A stretch of 64,000 nt of DNA from an uncultured Nitrospiraceae bacterium (GTDB lineage Bacteria > Nitrospirota > Thermodesulfovibrionia > Thermodesulfovibrionales > UBA6898), in the NCBI GenBank assembly GCA_963811165.1, contig CAWEQH010000001.1, positions 1 to 64,000 of the forward strand, read 5' to 3'. The notes under the pieces were generated by a model that was given only the letters and a program-made list of their open reading frames with translations, searched no databases and was not told the origin of the DNA. This document shows positions 59,657 through 64,000 of the stretch, piece by piece. Position numbers and translations under genes: made by a program. Every line of letters starts with the position of its first letter. Position 1 is the stretch's first letter.

Positions 59657-60229
59657 TTGAGTCACAGAGTCTGTCCCTGGTGGTTAGGGTATCTGCTTGC
59701 GAGTCCGTTGAGGCGACTTTTACAGGACCCGGAGGAGATTGTAAGCCCTTACGTAGAGGAAGGCATGAGTGTCTTGGATATCGGCTCCGGCATGGGATTT
59801 TTTTCCTTACCTCTGGCTAAACTGGTGGGCGAAAAAGGCAGGGTCGTCTGTATCGATCTGCAGGAAAAAATGATTAAGGGTCTCTTGGCGAGGGCGAAGG
59901 AGGCGGGGCTGACCGAAAGGATAGACGCGCGGGTATGCAGCCTACGCACGTTTGGGATAAGTGACCTCGCCGGCAAAATCGATTTTGCGCTTGCCTTTGC
60001 GTTAGTCCATGAGGTCCCTGATAAGGAACGCTTGTTCGGCGAAATACACGCCGCGATGAAGCTGTCCGGAAAAGTACTGATGGCGGAGCCTAAGGGACAT
60101 GTATCAAGGCCGGATTTTGAGAGGACCGTTTCCCTCGCGCAAGGTTGTGGATTTGAAGTAACCAGTGACCTCAAAATAAGGCGAAGTCACGCGGCCTTGT
60201 TGCGGGCACTTCCACCCGGAGCCAACTGA
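59657..60229 (+). CDS. Class I SAM-dependent methyltransferase
   Basis: 'VLDIGSGMG' motif I, 'VHEVPD'. Confidence 0.88.
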   Translation: MSHRVCPWWLGYLLASPLRRLLQDPEEIVSPYVEEGMSVLDIGSGMGFFSLPLAKLVGEKGRVVCIDLQEKMIKGLLARAKEAGLTERIDARVCSLRTFGISDLAGKIDFALAFALVHEVPDKERLFGEIHAAMKLSGKVLMAEPKGHVSRPDFERTVSLAQGCGFEVTSDLKIRRSHAALLRALPPGAN

Positions 60230-60281
60230 TGCCGCAACGGTGCACCGGTGTTTGGGAAGATGCTTCTCAACAATGAAAGGT

Positions 60282-61286
60282 TCAATCGGCGACCTCGAGT
60301 ATTATCTTGCCGATATGCTCGCTGCTTTCCATAAGCCTGTGCGCATCAGCAGCTTCAGATAAGGGGAATACCCGGTAGATCACCGGGCCACAGCGCCCGG
60401 CATCAAGCACTGGCCAGACCTTCTCTCGAAGCGCCTCTGCGATCATGCCCTTCTCGGCAGTGCTACGGGGCCTCATGGTAGACCCGGTGACTGTCAGCCG
60501 CCTCATCATTACAAGCATAAGATCGAAGTCTGATACCTTCGCCCCGTGCATCACGGCAATCTGGACCAGCCGTCCCTCCGCAGCCAGGCAGTCCAAATTT
60601 CGCTTCGTGTAGGGCGCACCGACCATATCTAACACCACGTTCACCCCTTTGCCCCCGGTAATCTCCATGATGCGTTTTACAAAATCCGTCTCGCGGTAAT
60701 TCACGGCGGCATCGGCGCCCAGTTTCAGGCACGCATCGCATTTTATCCGGCTCCCGGCGGTCACATATGCGCGGCTGCCGAATTCCCGCGCAAGCTGGAT
60801 TGCGGTCGTGCCGATGCCGCTGCTGCCTCCGTGTACAAGCACCGACTCTCCAGGGGCGAGGTGCCCGAGTCCGAAGAGGTTCGCCCAGACAGTGAAATAT
60901 GTCTCCGGCAGTCCGGCCGCGCGTATGGAGTCATAGCCTTTGGGCCAGCGCAGGCATTGCAGCGCCGGGACCGTGCAATACTCCGCATAGCCACCGCCAT
61001 TTGCCAGGGCACAGACACGGTCGCCTGCCTTCCACCCGGAAACCTTCTCTCCTAAGGCCACTACTTCACCCGCGATCTCGAGGCCGAGGACCGGGCTTGC
61101 GTTGGCAGGCGGCGGGTAGAGGCCTTTACGCTGAAGCACGTCGGGCCGGTTCACGCCTGCGGCAAGCACCCGGATCAGGACTTCGTCGGATTTTAGGTTG
61201 GGCAAAGGGCCGGTGGCAACCCGCAACACCTCGGGGCCGCCCGGCGTTACCGCCTCGACATATCTCATGCTCTCAGGCAATTTCAC
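60282..61286 (-). CDS. NAD(P)H-quinone oxidoreductase (PIG3/MDR family)
   Basis: 'AAGVNRPD..QR.G.Y', 'HGGSSGIG', 'HIGKI'. Confidence 0.92.
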   Translation of the reverse strand: MKLPESMRYVEAVTPGGPEVLRVATGPLPNLKSDEVLIRVLAAGVNRPDVLQRKGLYPPPANASPVLGLEIAGEVVALGEKVSGWKAGDRVCALANGGGYAEYCTVPALQCLRWPKGYDSIRAAGLPETYFTVWANLFGLGHLAPGESVLVHGGSSGIGTTAIQLAREFGSRAYVTAGSRIKCDACLKLGADAAVNYRETDFVKRIMEITGGKGVNVVLDMVGAPYTKRNLDCLAAEGRLVQIAVMHGAKVSDFDLMLVMMRRLTVTGSTMRPRSTAEKGMIAEALREKVWPVLDAGRCGPVIYRVFPLSEAADAHRLMESSEHIGKIILEVAD

Positions 61287-61337
61287 GATCGGCCTTCGCC
61301 TCCTTCAGCCAATTCTCGGATCCCTTTCTTGTTCGTT

Positions 61338-61706
61338 TCATTCCAGCAAACAAGCCACAAGCGGAGCAGGCATGGCTACCGAATCAGCATAAAGTCGCTT
61401 GTCTCGCTCGTGGTAGCTTACGGTGATTTCCTGACCGGCCTTGATGTCCTTTAGGGGCCTCTCCTGGTTGCACATTGTTACCCTTGTAATTTCATTCATA
61501 GAGAATGTAAATTCACCAAGGGGTCCGCTAATAAGGGCCGGGATTTTATCAATAGACTTCACGATCAGTTTCCCCGCCAGAAAATCGACAGATACCACCT
61601 TGCCTTTGACGGAATACTCTGTTTCCGCGGCAAATGCTGCCCCTGAGAGGCAGAACACGAAAAACACGGCAATGCTTCCCGCAAGGATATTTCTCAAGCC
61701 AACCAT
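61338..61706 (-). CDS. Small exported OB-fold-like hypothetical protein
   Basis: Signal peptide ending AFA; 'VKGKVVSVD', 'DIKAGQEITVSY'; RBS GGAGG. Confidence 0.6.
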   Translation of the reverse strand: MVGLRNILAGSIAVFFVFCLSGAAFAAETEYSVKGKVVSVDFLAGKLIVKSIDKIPALISGPLGEFTFSMNEITRVTMCNQERPLKDIKAGQEITVSYHERDKRLYADSVAMPAPLVACLLE

Positions 61707-61950
61707 GGTAACCTCCTTCCTACCAAAAGGTAAAAAGCAATCCGCACATCAACTCTTATGCCTTCTACTTTAGAGATACCTTGAATCGCGTACGATTTGC
61801 AAACTCGACTCTCTTTAAAAAGAGGTGAATTTAGAACTTTTTTAAATTAAACGAAGGAAAAGGCCGCTTCGTTGCTTTTAGCGGTCGTTATGGGGCCACT
61901 TTAAGAATATTTTGGGAAGTGGGGTGACCCACTGCCATATCAAACCGCTT

Positions 61951-63132
61951 TTAGATCGCCTGGGGATTGCGAATAAATTCAAGAAGGTCGGCCATCTCTC
62001 CTTTTTTTAGCGTAGGCCAGGGAATGCCCTTCTTGGCCACAGCCTTTCTCATCGGAATGGTGTGGTTCCAGATACCAGCGACGATTTCAGTCTTGGCAGC
62101 GTTTTGATATTTGGATAAATTGATATATTCCACTGGAGCGTTTTGCCCACCTTTCGTGTGACACCCTGCACAGGACAACGCGGAAAATAGTTTTTTCCCT
62201 TTCACCGCATTCCCGGGCTCGTCAAGGTAATGCAGAAAATAAAGGTAAGCAAGCAGGTCCGCCATCTCGCCGGATGAGAATTTAGGGCCACAGCACTGTG
62301 TCTGGGCCATCCTTACTATAACGACAGGCCCTTTGTTCCACATGCTCGAAACGATCCGGGTCAGACTTGTATAGAACTCCCGGGCCCTCTTTGCCAGATC
62401 GATGCCTCCCTTTGCTCCTTCGCCATGAATTGAGTGACATTCGTTACATTTCCTGCTATCGTAGACAATCCTGCCTTTTTTAGGATTACCAGCTCTGAAA
62501 AAAGCAGGCCCTGTTGGTCCCTTTGCCTGCGTTTTTATATATTCTAATATGTCCATCATTTCTTGGCCCTCGAAATTTGGCCATTTCATTCCTATTTGGG
62601 CCATAAGTGCGATCATAGGTATACTATGGTTCCAGATCGCCTCGCCTAAGAAGACGGGCGACAGGTTGCCCGGAAAGGAAAGCAGCTCAGGCCCCGTTCC
62701 TTTTTCCCTGCCTGATGAGGCGTGACAAGACGAGCACCCCTTCTGCTCAAATACATTTGCCCCCTTCAAAGGATCTCCAGGCTCGTCAAAAAATCTGAGA
62801 AAATAAAGATAAGAGGTGATTTCAATAAATTCCTGACCGGTCAGGACAGCCCCCGTGATTCCTGACTGCTCCATCTCCGCAATCATTGCAGGGGTGTGGT
62901 TCCAAATCTGCGCCGCCAGGTCTAGTTGTGTGTCGGCCAAATCTATCTTGCTCAGATCAGGACCTATACTGCTTCCTGTTCCCTTAAAGGCATGGCACCT
63001 TGCGCATCCCTTGGTAACAAACAATCGCCCTCCTCCTGTGGGGTCCTCGGGTAGGCCCTGGGCAGAGGCGAAGGAAATCAGCAAGAGAAAAATCCCGGCG
63101 GTTTGAACTGATATGCGGGTCATTGTCTTCAT
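61951..63132 (-). CDS. Exported tetraheme cytochrome c built from four tandem class-I-like domains
   Basis: CARCH, CSSCH, CNECH, CAGCH, each in a 'G.P..G..LF...C..CH...WN' repeat. Confidence 0.85.
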   Translation of the reverse strand: MKTMTRISVQTAGIFLLLISFASAQGLPEDPTGGGRLFVTKGCARCHAFKGTGSSIGPDLSKIDLADTQLDLAAQIWNHTPAMIAEMEQSGITGAVLTGQEFIEITSYLYFLRFFDEPGDPLKGANVFEQKGCSSCHASSGREKGTGPELLSFPGNLSPVFLGEAIWNHSIPMIALMAQIGMKWPNFEGQEMMDILEYIKTQAKGPTGPAFFRAGNPKKGRIVYDSRKCNECHSIHGEGAKGGIDLAKRAREFYTSLTRIVSSMWNKGPVVIVRMAQTQCCGPKFSSGEMADLLAYLYFLHYLDEPGNAVKGKKLFSALSCAGCHTKGGQNAPVEYINLSKYQNAAKTEIVAGIWNHTIPMRKAVAKKGIPWPTLKKGEMADLLEFIRNPQAI

Positions 63133-63388
63133 TGAAATCCCTTTCCCATTCCCGGTATTTTTTTTATCATATGCCGTAATGATTCCATTATAGCACTCAG
63201 ATATCTGCATTCAAGTCGTTGCGGGATCATGCGCTCGCCCCGGATGGTTCTCGTGGCGCACGTACGGTTGGAATAAAACACCATGGGCAAAAGCTGAAAG
63301 TCTGTTTCCGGCGGATGGTGGACCTTGATATATCACATGCTTTTTTTTAATATAAAAATACAAACATTTAATATTATATAAGTGAATC

Positions 63389-63763
63389 ATGAAAATACTT
63401 ATTGTGGATGATGAACAACTCGTCCGATGGTTTCTCGACAGGGCGTTCCGAAGGGAAGGGCATGAAGTCATAACCGCCGAGAATGTCGAGGATGCATCGA
63501 TAAAACTCAGTTCAAATACAATAGATGTTCTTCTTATCGATCTCAGAATGCCGGGAGCCAACGGGAGGGAACTCATCGGGAAGGTGGATATAAGGGGGGA
63601 AAAACCAAAAGTGATAGTTTGTTCGGCATTTATCACTGCCGAACTCGAAGAGGAACTCAGGCAGAAGGGTGTATGCATACTAAGAAAGCCCGTCATGCTG
63701 GATGAGTTGAATGACGCCATCCAGATTTGTCTGGAGAAAGACCCTCCTTTCAAACACCGCTAA
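63389..63763 (+). CDS. Single-domain response regulator
   Basis: 'ILIVDDE', 'IDLRMPG', 'KP'. Confidence 0.92.
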   Translation: MKILIVDDEQLVRWFLDRAFRREGHEVITAENVEDASIKLSSNTIDVLLIDLRMPGANGRELIGKVDIRGEKPKVIVCSAFITAELEEELRQKGVCILRKPVMLDELNDAIQICLEKDPPFKHR

Positions 63764-64000
63764 TGGGAAATAGATTTTTGTATACTTTCTGAAGTCCGCT
63801 TTATTTTAGTTACTTCTTCACACTATGGGATAACATTATTCACTGCTTTTTCAGGAAAAAATATAGGGGGCGATACATCGCCTCGCCCCTCGGCTTATTC
63901 CGGTAGAGTCTCGGTTTTTTTAAAGAGATCGGGGGGTACAGGGCTTTTTTAAGAATCAGCAGGTCAATGGCTTTCGTAAAGCCATTTCTTGGCATCTTCT

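Noticed and set aside
61745..61770. Sigma54 promoter upstream of the small exported protein
   Set aside because: The minus strand gives AGGCAT-N5-TTGA, lacking the conserved -12 GC; too weak to call.

Overview
A chromosomal window from an anaerobic or facultative Gram-negative bacterium. The gene content (futalosine pathway, HspR-dnaJ-clpB, multiheme cytochromes, group 3b hydrogenase) is compatible with Nitrospirota or Desulfobacterota, but this is inference. Positions 1-7272 are the right-hand part of a small integrative element at tRNA-Arg(CCT). It carries a tyrosine integrase, an excisionase, a solo ParB with two palindromic parS-like sites, two replication-relaxation-like nucleases, two long hairpins and an XRE/S24-like repressor. 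The most striking cargo is a DIP1984/DUF6847-like coiled-coil gene followed immediately by an unannotated ~210-nt structured RNA candidate. This RNA has a closing stem, four hairpins and eight UUAC-type units at a 7-nt period, and it is followed by a P-loop kinase and an Xre/MbcA-like antitoxin. Next come a group 3b [NiFe]-hydrogenase operon bracketed by small cytochromes c, a second orphan structured-RNA candidate and tRNA-Leu(CAA). Core genes follow: ppaC, mnmE-yidC-yidD-rnpA-rpmH, mqnD/mqnB, rho, clpB-hspR-dnaJ with a HAIR site, pfk and aldolase. The lipid A cluster (gnnA-gnnB-lpxB-waaA-lpxK) is interrupted by a cassette of a restriction-modification gene, DUF559 and a toxin-antitoxin pair, with REP-like palindromes. 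An AT-richer island encodes a giant transglutaminase-like/Ig/PKD protein, a lipoprotein and a PLC/P1-nuclease-like secreted protein. The right end holds housekeeping, transport and cytochrome genes. Many single-base frameshifts, concentrated in the accessory genes, suggest uncorrected long-read errors and/or decay. All family calls come from motif recognition by eye, not from database searches.
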